A DNA stretch of 63,985 nucleotides, filler included, from Elsinoe ampelina (lineage: Eukaryota), in the NCBI GenBank assembly GCA_010093995.1. It is 4 parts of 3 records of this genome, joined end to end, with 100 filler letters (N's around TTAATTAATTAA, not from the genome) between each part and the next. Parts side by side here need not be neighbours in the genome. Positions count along the whole stretch, not along the records: positions 32,018 to 38,289 come from ML992514.1; positions 38,390 to 62,225 come from ML992514.1; 2 more parts are not named here. One strand, written 5' to 3'. Both the position numbers and the translations under genes were made by a program. Below are positions 35,001 to 47,100 of the stretch, in pieces (within the stretch, counting starts at the first letter, position 1; every line of letters begins with the position of its first letter). The notes below the pieces were generated by a model that did not search any database, was not told the DNA's origin, and worked only from the letters and a program-made list of their open reading frames with translations.

Positions 35001-38000
35001 CTTAATATACTTACTAGGAAGAATCGCTATCCTCTACTAAGGATTAACAAACTTTAAAACTAACTTCTTAGAGCTAAATAGTTTACCGTAATTAACATTA
35101 GGGACGCCTATTATTAAGTATAAATAAAGGAGAGTAAGGAGTAGAAAACAGCTTTTAGGACATAATAGAGTCTATATAAGTACCTCGTTATACTCTTTAG
35201 GTTAACTAACGCTCCTATAACCTTCTAAGAGTTAATTAATAATACTCTATAAGAATACCTTAATAACTTTATCTTAGTATATTTAGATAATATTATTATC
35301 TTCTTAAAGATGTATAATAAATATATAGGACATGTTTATAAAGTGCTATAGAAACTAAAAGAGAAAGACCTACTAGTAAAACTCTCTAAGTGTAAGTTCT
35401 ATAAGTATAAGATATAATTTCTAAGCTATATTATATCTACTAATAGTATTAGATCTAATCTAAAGAAGATTAAGTTAGTAAATAACTAGCTAGAACCTAT
35501 AATAGTTAAGGAGGTTTAAGCGCTACTAGAGTTCTTTAACTACTACTATAAGTTTATTAAGAGATTCTCTAAAGTAGCTATACTAATATTTAACCTTACG
35601 AAAAAGAAAACTAGCTTTATCTTTAACGAAAAATATAAGTAGGCCTTTAAGGAGCTAAAGCTTAGACTTATAATAGTACCTATCCTAGTACTCTTCGACC
35701 TAGACTAATAGGCACTACTAGAAACGAATGCCTCGGACTTTGCAATAGAAGCGTATCTAGCGTAGAAGGACGCGGAAGAATAATGCTACTTAATTATATA
35801 CTACTTACGGAAAATAACTAGACCTAAACTTAACTATAATATATATAATAAGGAGTTACTTGTAATTATAGAAGTATTCCGTAAGTAGAGAGTATATCTA
35901 GAAGAAATAACCTTACCTATATAAGTCTATACTAACTATAAGAACCTATTATATTAGATAATAACTAAGGTTCTTAATAGGCGATAGGTTTAATAGTTAG
36001 AAACACTTATAAGCTACAACTTTTAGATCTACTATATTAAGGAATTAGAGAATAGTAGAGTAGACGCTCTTAGCCGACGACTAGACTACTTAAAGAATAT
36101 AACAATAATAGAGGCCTCTATACTAAAGTAGTAAGACAGCGCTCTAGTCTATAAGCACCCGAAGGTAGAGTAGTTATATAGCCTTACCTAGGAGCTTACG
36201 TAAGAATAGAAGAAAGAAGTTATTTAAATACACTATAATAACCTAATAGTAGAATATAGTAGGATCGATAAGACTATTAAACTTATTACATAAAACTACC
36301 TATAGAAAGGACTCTAAAATAATATTAAGACATATATTACTATATGTAATATATGCTATAAGTCTAAGCACTTATAACATAAGCTATATAGCCTATTATA
36401 ACTCTTGCCACTACTAGACAAACTATAGTAATCGGTTATAATAGACTTTATAGGACCTCTACTACTATTAGAAGAATCTCTTATAGGTGTAAAGTATAGT
36501 AGCATTCTAGTTCTAGTAGATAGATTTACAAAGTATTACTACTTTATACTATATAAGATAATAGTAACTACTAAGGATATAGCCTTTACCTTCCTCCGAA
36601 TAATTGTTTTATAACATAGAGTACTAAGAGACCTAATAACTAATAGAGATAAGCTATTTACATTACAATTCTAGTAATTATTTATAGATCTACTAGGAGT
36701 TAAATATAAGCTATTAATCTCCTTTTATCTATAAATAGATAGACAAACTAAGTAGGCAAATTAAGTACTAGAGTAGTACCTATAATGCTACCTAAACTAT
36801 AAGTAAGACTTATAGGTAATACTATTACCGCTTATAGAGCTTGCTATTAATAATAGAAAGTTAGTAAATAGAATTTTACTATTTTACGTAAACTATAGAA
36901 TATACCTAGATCTATACTATAACATACTTAGAATTAAGCTAATATCTAAGGATGCTAATATACTAGTAGCTAATATTAAGAAACTATATAACTAGCTATA
37001 CTACGATATAGTATTTATATTATAAAGGATAGTAGAGTTTACTAACTAGAAGAGAATTATAGGACTAATTCTAAAGGAGGAGAAGAAGGTTTATCTCCTT
37101 AGTAAGAACATTAAGACTAAAAGACTAAGTAAGAAACTTAACTACACTAAACTAGGACCTTTTAAAATCCTAGAAAAGAAAAATAAGAACGTATATAAAC
37201 TAGAACTACTAAGATATATAAGGATCTATCTAGTCTTCTATATATTACTACTAGAGAGAGTACTATAGAACGCTATACTTAGACCTATCGAACTAGATAA
37301 AGAAACATAGAAGCTATAGTATAAGATCGAAAGGATTTTACATTATAAACTTATAAAAGAAAAACGCTACTATCTTATTTACTAGAAGGGACATTAGTAT
37401 AGTAAAGCAATATAGGAACTAGAGAAGTACCTTACCTTATAAGCAATTCTAGATTACTAGATCGAGAACCTATTCTAAGTAAACCGACTAGACGGACCTA
37501 GTACTTCTAATACTAAATAAAAATAAGAATACCTAAGGAAGATTACTTAGCTAATAGGAGCACCTTAATTATTGCTAAATAGAGAACCCTAGTCGGAGTT
37601 AGGCATAAATAATTACTAGTCCTATAGTAGGATAGGATCTACCGACGATAGTATTTCCTTCTACTCTAGGACTTAAATACGAGTCTCCTCTAAAGAGATT
37701 ACTTTCTCTACCTTATTCTTTAACTTTTGTATTTCTTTACGTAGGTAAAGCTTATTACCTATAGCTCTTTAATAAGCCTCTTTTGCCTTTTTATAAGCTT
37801 CTTTAGCTCTCCTTCTAGTAGCCTTAGCTATAACTAATTCCTTTTATAAACGAATATACTTAGACTAGAGACACTACTATTCTAATTTTGTTACTTAAAT
37901 ATTATAGCTCGAGTAGTTACTTATAATATACTAGCTATAGATACTCGACTAAATATAGACCTTATAGTCTAGCCTCTTCGATTTATAATAAGAACAAGCC

Positions 38001-38289
38001 TATAGTATATTAGTTCCGAATAGCTTAATAAACTCTAAGAGATTCTTTCGCGTAGATATACTAGATTTACTATGCCTTTAACAACTAGGAGGCATATTTA
38101 GTATATAGCGTATAAAGATAAGGAAGAATACTTACTCGTTAGAATAACTTAATTAAAGGAGAAGAGTAATGTTACAAACTAGTAGGATAGCTAAAGCGTA
38201 GAGACGTTAGGACTAATTAAACTACTAAGGTTATTACGTGACCTAGCTCGACATTTACCTAGTTCTCTATCTTCTCTAGTAGCTCTACC
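32018..38289 (+). mobile_element. RIP-mutated Ty3/gypsy chromovirus internal region: gag, protease, RT, RNase H, integrase, chromodomain
   Basis: De-RIP motifs: CFKCxxPGHRARDC knuckle about 32964; IDSGA protease about 34300; MPFGLTNAP about 35190; YLDDI about 35279; ETDASDFAIGA 35721; FHPQTDGQTE about 36723; chromodomain YEIERIL..YLIHWKG..ATWEPE 37320-37425. LTRs not seen (gaps). Confidence 0.93.
37500..38095 (-). pseudogene. Extra antisense ORF of the gypsy element: Cys6 cluster plus coiled coil, inactivated by RIP
   Basis: ATG 38095 MPPS..; one frame held for more than 160 codons, interrupted only by TAA/TAG stops that RIP can produce; 3' end approximate. Confidence 0.65.
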
Positions 38290-38389
38290 NNNNNNNNNNN
38301 NNNNNNNNNNNNNNNNNNNNNNNNNNNNNNNNNTTAATTAATTAANNNNNNNNNNNNNNNNNNNNNNNNNNNNNNNNNNNNNNNNNNNN

Positions 38390-41300
38390 AGATCTTTTTC
38401 TTTTACTAGTTAGAGGTTATATGTTAAATAGTGTAATAAGGAAGTTAATATCCTTATTCTATATATATATTAGTAGTTAATTAACATTAACTATAGAATT
38501 AAAGGTTAAATGTAGTTTACTAATAACTTTAGGTAGTAGTATTATAAGGTCTTTACCTTTATAATTAGTAACATTAAGTTACTTCCCCTGTTTATTAACA
38601 GGTTAAGGATCTAGTTTAGGATATTAGTGTTACTTCTTCTATTCTTTAATAGGGGTAGATAATTGTTATTTATATCTAGGGATAGAAGAGTAGTTAGATG
38701 TTAGTTGTTTAACTTAAGGTTATTTAGCCTAAGTAGTTTATAGATTCTTATAACTAAAGAGTAGTTAGTTATAGCTATAGCCTTAATTATAATTACTACT
38801 AAATATCTACTCTCTCTAAAGCTATAAAGCCTTAGGTTGTTATACCTATAGGATATATAGCTGTTTAATAACTTATATTACTTAGTCTTTATAGACTATA
38901 TTCTTATTAAATATTATATAGAGTGATATAATAATCTTTCCCTTCTAGGCTTACTAAGTATAATACTAATAGAGTATCTAGATAAGGTAATTAGTTATTA
39001 AGTTGTTCTATATACTAATATACTAACTAAGTAGTGCTCTAGCTTAGAATTTATATAATTTAGAAATATATTAGTTATAGACATAGGCTCTATAGCTAAA
39101 GTGTCTAATATAAGTTAATAAGACTAGCCTATTATTATTAAGAAGATTCTTTCTTAGCTCTTATATAGGGATCTTCTTAGTTTTAGTGTAGGTAATTCTA
39201 TTACTAATATAGATTATAAACTCTATAACTATATACTAGAGTTTAAGAGGTGCTCTATAATTAATAAAGATATACCTTGTTCTAAGAATAACTACTTTAT
39301 TAGTAGCCTTAGATTTACTATTTTAGTATTAAGTATTAGGTGTAGAGATATCCTATCTCTATCCTTTAAGATAAATAGCTATTACTAGTTTATAGTTCTT
39401 AAATTTACTCCCTTTATTAGAGATAAAGATAAATAAAAGCTTATTATAGGCTATTTTATTCCTTATATAGATAAGTTTAATTACTACTAGTATATTACTC
39501 TTAAGGAANNNNNNNNNNNNNNNNNNNNNNNNNNNNNNNNNNNNNNNNNNNNNNNNNNNNNNNNNNNNNNNNNNNNNNNNNNNNNNNNNNNNNNNNNNNN
39601 NNNNNNNNNNNNNNNNNNNNNNNNNNNNNNNNNNNNNNNNNNNNNNNNNNNNNNNNNNNNNNNNNNNNNNNNNNNNNNNNNNNNNNNNNNNNNNNNNNNN
39701 NNNNNNNNNNNNNNNNNNNNNNNNNNNNNNNNNNNNNNNNNNNNNNNNNNNNNNNNNNNNNNNNNNNNNNNNNNNNNNNNNNNNNNNNNNNNNNNNNNNN
39801 NNNNNNNNNNNNNNNNNNNNNNNNNNNNNNNNNNNNNNNNNNNNNNNNNNNNNNNNNNNNNNNNNNNNNNNNNNNNNNNNNNNNNNNNNNNNNNNNNNNN
39901 NNNNNNNNNNNNNNNNNNNNNNNNNNNNNNNNNNNNNNTTAGCTTTTAAGTAGTTATAATAGCTAGATTTACTCTTATAGCCTATAGCTTCTATAGTTTT
40001 AGCCTTATAGGTAATTCCTTGTAGTTCTAAGGCTTATAGACTTTAAAGTTCTTAAGCTATTTAACTCTTTTAAAGTGTTTAATAAGGCTAACTTCCTTTC
40101 TATCCTTTATTAAGAATTTACTAACTATAAAGATACTAAGTTCCTCTTTATTCTAAAGATTAAATATAAGAGTATTTAGTAATAATAGTAAGTATATATA
40201 ATTATAAAGCTTAATAATTAACTTCTTGCCTTTGCTATTAGTTAAGGTAAGCCTAACTATACTAACTTCTATATTAAGTAGCTTCTTTATACTAATAGCT
40301 TATTTAAATTTAAGAATACCTTTATATACCTTAATTATTAAGAACTATAACCTGTCTTTAATAAAGTGCCTTAATACACTAGAGTTATAGATTACTCTAT
40401 TCTTGCTATAGGTTAAGAATAATAATGTAGATACTACTACTACTCTATAGACTAGTATAATAATATTAATATTAGTATTAGAGCGTTTATCTAATTTACC
40501 TACCTTAGTAGGTTCTCTAGATTCTTTAATAGCTGCTTAACCTCTAACTTTCTTAGTCTTTAACTTGTTACCTTTGCCTTTAGCCTTTATATCTTTATTA
40601 TTTAACCTGTCTTTATTATCCCTTTTACTTTAACTCTTTAGTGCTTTCTTAGGGTACTACTTAAAGTAATCTATATTAGAGTAGATATAATAAGTATACT
40701 AAGTATATTAATCCTTAATATAACTAGCTACTCTATAAATAGAGTTTAGATTAGTTCTTCTATTATATAGAGGCTTCTATATTCTAAGAGAGCCTATTAT
40801 CTCTTTAAGACTCTTCTTATAGTTAAGGCTAGATCTCTAGCTCCTTAACTATTTAGTAGTCTCTATTNNNNNNNNNNNNNNNNNNNNNNNNNNNNNNNNN
40901 NNNNNNNNNNNNNNNNNNNNNNNNNNNNNNNNNNNNNNNNNNNNNNNNNNNNNNNNNNNNNNNNNNNNNNNNNNNNNNNNNNNNNNNNNNNNNNNNNNNN
41001 NNNNNNNNNNNNNNNNNNNNNNNNNNNNNNNNNNNNNNNNNNNNNNNNNNNNNNNNNNNNNNNNNNNNNNNNNNNNNNNNNNNNNNNNNNNNNNNNNNNN
41101 NNNNNNNNNNNNNNNNNNNNNNNNNNNNNNNNNNNNNNNNNNNNNNNNNNNNNNNNNNNNNNNNNNNNNNNNNNNNNNNNNNNNNNNNNNNNNNNNNNNN
41201 NNNNNNNNNNNNNNNNNNNNNNNNNNNNNNNNNNNNNNNNNNNNNNNNNNNNNNNNNNNNNNACCTTATAGATTGCCTTAGTGCCTTTACTAGTATCTAG

Positions 41301-41692
41301 GGCTAGTTCTTTAGGCTTTATAACTGCTAGTATCTAGTTAATGTTATAAATTGCATATCTAAGTATATCCTTTTTAAGGAGGGCTACCTTAAGGGTTAAT
41401 CTCTAAGTATTATAGTTGCTCTCTCTCTTAAGAATTTAAGTCTTAAGCATTTTTACTAATCTAGACATAATAATAGTAATTAGCTAAAGGCCTATTAATT
41501 TGATTAATGTAATTAGCTTGTTTAAGCCGTTTAAACTATTTAATTAAAGGGTTAATACGGGCTACTATAAGTGTTTATCTTAATGTAGCTAGTCTAGAAT
41601 TTAGTATAGGCGGCTTAGTAATCCTTTTAATAATAACACGCTTAATTTGCTATAGCTTTAAGTGCTTTTGTAGAAGCGCCGGGCTTATAACC
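38390..41692 (-). mobile_element. RIP-mutated Ty1/copia retrotransposon (family B): PBS, gag and integrase region, gapped
   Basis: PBS ggttataagccc on the minus strand at 41692-41681; minus-strand integrase-like reading near 39280-39000 (xAPLKLW..IYxxNR, then YGAYVY..ARALLG). Confidence 0.75.
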
Positions 41693-41834
41693 TGTTATAA
41701 CTAGCAAATCGGATCGAGAGACGTGTGTTTCATTCAGAGAGTTACAATAACCGATTTATCTACTATGCGTGCGCTGACTCATCAGTACCAGTTCTTCAGT
41801 ACCAGAGAAGCTGTACCAGCCTTCCATTACAACA
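41693..41834 (-). repeat. Copia-B 5' LTR (142 bp)
   Basis: Terminal inverted ends tgtt(a/g)taa...ttacaaca, directly adjacent to the PBS, at the sharp AT/GC boundary. Confidence 0.78.
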
Positions 41835-42538
41835 GCAGGAACGATAGCCAGCTGTCCGAAACGGGAACCGCTCCACAGGACCACAATAGGTTTTCATCGT
41901 TTCTGGCTTGACTTCACCTGTCTCGGGTCTAGTCTTCCAACACTATTCCAGGAGCTACAGGTCTGTGAGTTCTGGATACGCCGCAATCAATCGTGACAGA
42001 TGTGCCATGTGGCTGCCTCATCCATACAATTCTGACTCTTGACGTCGCGGAAGAGGCGCCGACCTATCGTAACCATGGATCCCATTTAGCGTCGAACTAC
42101 CACCCGCGATATCGACTATTCTGCCTGGTCAGCTTGACCTCCTGGCAGACGCGTCTATCCTGTCCATTCCCCGACGACGCTATCGACTTTCCCACCACAG
42201 CTCTCCTCCAACTGGCCCGCGACTCTCCTGATCGTGCACGCCCCCGACCGAGATCTTGGAGCATGGACTCATGTTTACGACACGCAGAGATACACACAAG
42301 AATAGCGTTTTCGATGGTGAACAAGCCACCCTGCAGGTCTCTTCCTGGAGAGCTTTGTCCAAGGACTCACGGCTATGCCGACAAGGGTGATGACTCCAGC
42401 TCATTCGAGATGTGTTTGCGAGCGTGTTCACTGAACCACTGCAATCTATAAGTATCCCATGTCGATCCCTTCCTTACCATGCATATCATCTCATCAATCA
42501 TTCTCATTCCAGCCCTATCTAAATAGCCTTGCATCACC

Positions 42539-43666
42539 ATGCGTTCTACTCTTATCGCTTCCGCCCTTGTGGCCTTGGCCATGGCCGCCCCTCACCCTCA
42601 AAATATCGAGATTGACGCTGTTGAGGCTCAAGGTCTCGGTACTGTTGATGGACCACCTCTTGCCGCCGCAGTCGTGCAGGAAGTCCCGACCTACAATGCT
42701 GACGCTGTCGCTGCTGCGGCCACGGCTGTCTCCGCTGTTGAGAAGCGCAAGCGTCAGCTTTCCACTACCCCGAGTGCACCTACCACTACGCCTGCCACCA
42801 CTCCTACTACCACTGCTGCCACAACTCCGAGCACCACTGCTTCTACCACCACGTCTAAGGATCCTTCTGCCTGCACTCCTCTTCCAAAGGGCTCTGGCCC
42901 AGTCTCCAACCCAGACACTGCTTCCGGCTTCTTGAGCGACCCTCAGTTCGCCACACTTGCCGACTCTGCCGTGGTCCCGGATGGATATACCAAGTCCTTC
43001 TCTGGTCTTCAAGGTGCTACTGAAGGTAGTGGCTACCTCGGTTACTACACATTGAAGTCTTACAACCCTGTACTCTGTCAACAGTGGTGTGACAAGACCT
43101 CTGGCTGCTTTGGTTTCAACATCTACCTTGAACGAGACCCTACAGTCAACCCTGCTCCCGCCTGCAAGAACCCCGCATCCACCACCCTCATCAAATGCTC
43201 CCTTTGGGGTCTTGAAGTTAGCTCTACTACAGCTACCAACAAAGGTCAATGGCGTTATGACTTCCAGGTCGCCATCACCGCTTCCAATGGTTACAACACA
43301 GTCGCTCCACCCGCACCAGTCGATGGCTACACTGGTCCTGTCAAGCTTGCAGGTGCTATCCAAGCTCCCGACAACTCCTACATGACGTACAAGTACTTCG
43401 CTGGGCCATACAACCCTGCAGCTTGTTCCACTGCTTGCACAGCCCAGAGCAGCTACAACCAGAAGCACCCCAAGTCCGACGGATCTTTCGACACCTGCAG
43501 CTTCTACAACTCATATGTCCTGAGCAAGAACGGCGCTCCTCAGGGGACTTACTGCTCGCTCTACACAAAGGCCTGGACCAACAGTGTTGCTACGAACTAC
43601 GGACAGTACCGTGGAAGCGGTTACTACTCCGTCTCTCAAAGCTATGGCTGGACCCTCGGTGCCTAG
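42539..43666 (+). CDS. Secreted protein with propeptide (KRKR), Thr-rich linker and two Cys-rich PAN/Apple-like modules
   Basis: Signal peptide MRSTLIASALVALAMA; YNPVLCQQWCD..CFGFNIY..CSLW and YNPAACSTAC..CSFYNSY..CSLY; strong codon bias. Confidence 0.85.
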   Translation: MRSTLIASALVALAMAAPHPQNIEIDAVEAQGLGTVDGPPLAAAVVQEVPTYNADAVAAAATAVSAVEKRKRQLSTTPSAPTTTPATTPTTTAATTPSTTASTTTSKDPSACTPLPKGSGPVSNPDTASGFLSDPQFATLADSAVVPDGYTKSFSGLQGATEGSGYLGYYTLKSYNPVLCQQWCDKTSGCFGFNIYLERDPTVNPAPACKNPASTTLIKCSLWGLEVSSTTATNKGQWRYDFQVAITASNGYNTVAPPAPVDGYTGPVKLAGAIQAPDNSYMTYKYFAGPYNPAACSTACTAQSSYNQKHPKSDGSFDTCSFYNSYVLSKNGAPQGTYCSLYTKAWTNSVATNYGQYRGSGYYSVSQSYGWTLGA

Positions 43667-44114
43667 GCGGGGAAAGAGGGAAGTTGGAAGATTGGTGCAG
43701 ACAGAAATGCTTTTATGATTATGGGATAGATGGTTGAGCAATCGACCTTTTTTGATTTTGAGTATGTCTATAGAGTGGATGAGTAGTGTTCTGAATGGTT
43801 ATGGTTTTGTTGAACTTGCTGTCGCTCTTCATTCGTTCGGTGTCGAACCTGCGCCGCGCGATACGCTGCTCATACCGGCTTAATCTCGTTGCTTGATAAA
43901 CTTTTTCTTCATGAATCCATGTCTCCTTGGTGACGATCGGCCAGATTACTCGATACGAGATGTTTTCCATCTGATCTAAGGTATCCTTCCAGCATGCGGC
44001 CTGCAAATGGTAGATAGACTTTGCGCTAACCCCGAACAGGAAATTTTACATGATCCTCGCAAAAAAAGTTGTGGAAGCCAACCCTCATTTCTATTTCGCC
44101 GGAATACTTGCACA

Positions 44115-47100
44115 ATGACGCCAGACACCAAGCGAAGAAAGCTGGAGCATGTCAGCGACGATGATGAAGATGCATCATCATTTGCATCTTTTGCCAGTGT
44201 CGAGGCACCAGACCTGGCCGTGACTGGGAATGGGGAAAATGCTGCCTCCGACATCTCAGATGAAGACATTGCAGATGTGGACGAAATAGACGCGGGAACG
44301 ATCAGCGATGAGGAAAAGACTTCAGAGGATGATTCACCTGAGCTGAACGGAGCTGGACATGGCGATGGCGAAGACCTCGCCCCGGCCAGAGAGAAAGCCC
44401 CGGTGCCGCCACCTCAAAAGCCACCCGCTTCGGCCAAGTCTACCAAGCCTGTCAACGGGCGAGTCCCTGCATCAGCTCTCACTGGAGGTAGTATCAAGGT
44501 CAATGTGCTCAAGATGCAGACGGAGCAGTTACTGGAGAAGACCCGACCTGTCCGCAACAGCCGAGCCGAAGCCGCCGAGAAGGCCCTTCACGACCTGAAG
44601 GCTATCATGGAAAAATTGTCATCCAGAGGACCCTCTCTGATCCTGGAAGCTGAAAAGGAGCTTATCAAAAGATGGAGAGTTGCCATTCCCTTCCCGGAAC
44701 CACGACCGACCCAGGATGCAAAGTTGAAGCCCAAATTCGAGAAGGCCAGTGCTATCAATGTCGTTGGTAGCTATGTCTCGAATGTCAATCTGAGAAGCAA
44801 CAAGACAACCGAGATTGACATGATGGTTCAAATGTCAGATGAGCTCTTCCAACCTAAAGACTACCAAGATCATCGATATTTCTATCGTAGGAGCTACTAT
44901 CTTGCTTGGCTGGCAGTTGGTATCCGCGATAGTTCGGAGTCCAGGTACTCGATCGAGTTCAAGAATCACCATGGAAATCCATTGCGGCCAATCTTGGTGG
45001 TCCGCCCTTCTGGAGATGTCTCTGATTCATTATCGAGGTGGCAGATCAATATACTGCCATGTATCTCTTCCAAGGTCTTCACGGATGCCAAGCTACTGCC
45101 GTCAAAGTCGTTGGTCAGATTAGATGACAAGGCTCCTCAAGTTGAGGTAGGCCCAACAAGCCTGTACAACTCTTCAATACAGGTGGATCGCCAGATGACA
45201 GCATACCTTAAGCTCATTCATTCCGCTTCTAGTACGTGCGAAGACTTCAAGGACGCAGCTCTTTTGCTACGAATATGGCTCAAACAGCGAGGCTTCAGCA
45301 GCTCGATCCAATCTGGTGGCTTTGGCAACTTTGAGGTGACTGCTCTGCTTGCTGCATTGATATCGAGCGGTTCTCTCTCCCCGAGATACAGCACATATCA
45401 GCTCTTCAAAGCTACACTGCAGTACCTTGCCACAAAGGACGCTCTGAAATCCGTTGTGATCCTAGGTCAGACGGCACTGCGACCAGAGTCTGTTCCTGAA
45501 GTCCCGCTCCTCTTTGATGGCCCGCGAGCACACAATCTGCTTTTCAAGATGTCCACTTGGTCTTACAAATCCCTAAGGGCGGAAGCCCGCAATACCATCA
45601 GCATGCTCGGTGACAATTCTTCAGATCAATTCGACGCCACCTTTCTCTTGAAGCAGGACACGCAGCATCTCAAGTATGATATTAGTTTAACGCTGGCCAA
45701 CTCTCATCTGCTAGACCAAAGAAAGGACGATTACCTGACACTGATGGTGTATCAACGAATGTACAAGATACTAGCGCAAGGTTTGGGTGACAGAGCAGTG
45801 GAGATCAATCTGCGATCAGATCCGGACGGATCCTGGGATCTTGGATCTGCGAGACCAGCTTGGATGACCAAAGGTGAAACTACCATCTCGATTCGCCTCA
45901 ACCCGACGAATGCAGGCCGGACCGTTGACCATGGACCATCGGCAGAGCAAAAGAAGGAAGCGGCAGAGTTCCGCAAGTTTTGGGGCGAGAAGGCAGAGCT
46001 TCGACGATTCAAGGACGGCTCGATCATGGAGTCTCTAGTATGGACACCTCGGAACAGCGACCAAGATCTGGTTCTGGATATCATCAATGTTATTGTCTCT
46101 CGACACTTTGGTGACTCAATAGCCGCTGCTCTGCAACAAAAGGGTGGTAACATATCAAAGCTGATTCCTCATACTGGCGGATTGCTGGCATTTCAGCCGG
46201 CGATGGATGCGCTCAAGCAGCTTGAAGACGATGTGCGATCGCTCGAGGGACTACCTCTCACGATCCGGCAAATATCCGCCGCAGACGAGCAGGCTCGATT
46301 TGCCTCGGTCCATCCTCCTTCGGCGACAGATCCGATCGATGTTGTCCTGCAATTTGAGTCTTCCACCCGCTGGCCGAACTCATTGACAGCTGTTCAGCGA
46401 ACCAAAGCTGCTTTCCTGTTGTTGATCTCCCGTCTTCTGACGGAGTCCAACTCGAACCTCCACTGTCGAGTCGGCTTGGAGAACTCGGAAGTACAAGTAC
46501 TCAACCAAGCATTCCTCGAGATTCAATACCCAACCATCATCTTCCGTCTCCGCCTCCACCACGATCTCGAGCTGTCATTCCTACAATCCCAACTCAAATC
46601 GCTATCCCTGACCCCACCTCAACGAGAATCCACCGCCCTCGCCCTCGCCGCCTACAAACGCACCTTCATCAACTCCCCCTCCCACACCAGCTACATCACC
46701 AAACTCAGCACTATCCACCCCACCCTCTCCCCCACCATCCGTCTCCTCAAACAGTGGTTCTCCTCCCACCACCTCACCAACCACTTCCCCGCCCCACTCA
46801 TCGAACTCCTCGCCCTCCAACCCTTCCTGCACCCTCACCCCCACCCCATCCCCTCCTCCCCCAAAACCGGCTTCCTCCGCGTCCTCTCCTTCCTCTCGCG
46901 TTGGGACTGGCGCACCACCCCTCTCCTCCTCCCCCTCTCCTCCCCCTCCTCATCCTCCCCATCTCCGTCCCTCACAACCTCCCCAACCCGCTTCCAAGCC
47001 TGGCGCAAACTCGACCCCTCACTCAACCGCGTCGTCCTCTTCGTCGCCTACGAATGCGACGCCGAGGGAACGGCTTGGACGGACGTGACGCAGGGCGGGC

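Noticed and set aside
41783..41819. Three c(a/t)gtaccag repeats
   Set aside because: Internal to the Copia-B LTR; ordinary LTR sub-repeats.
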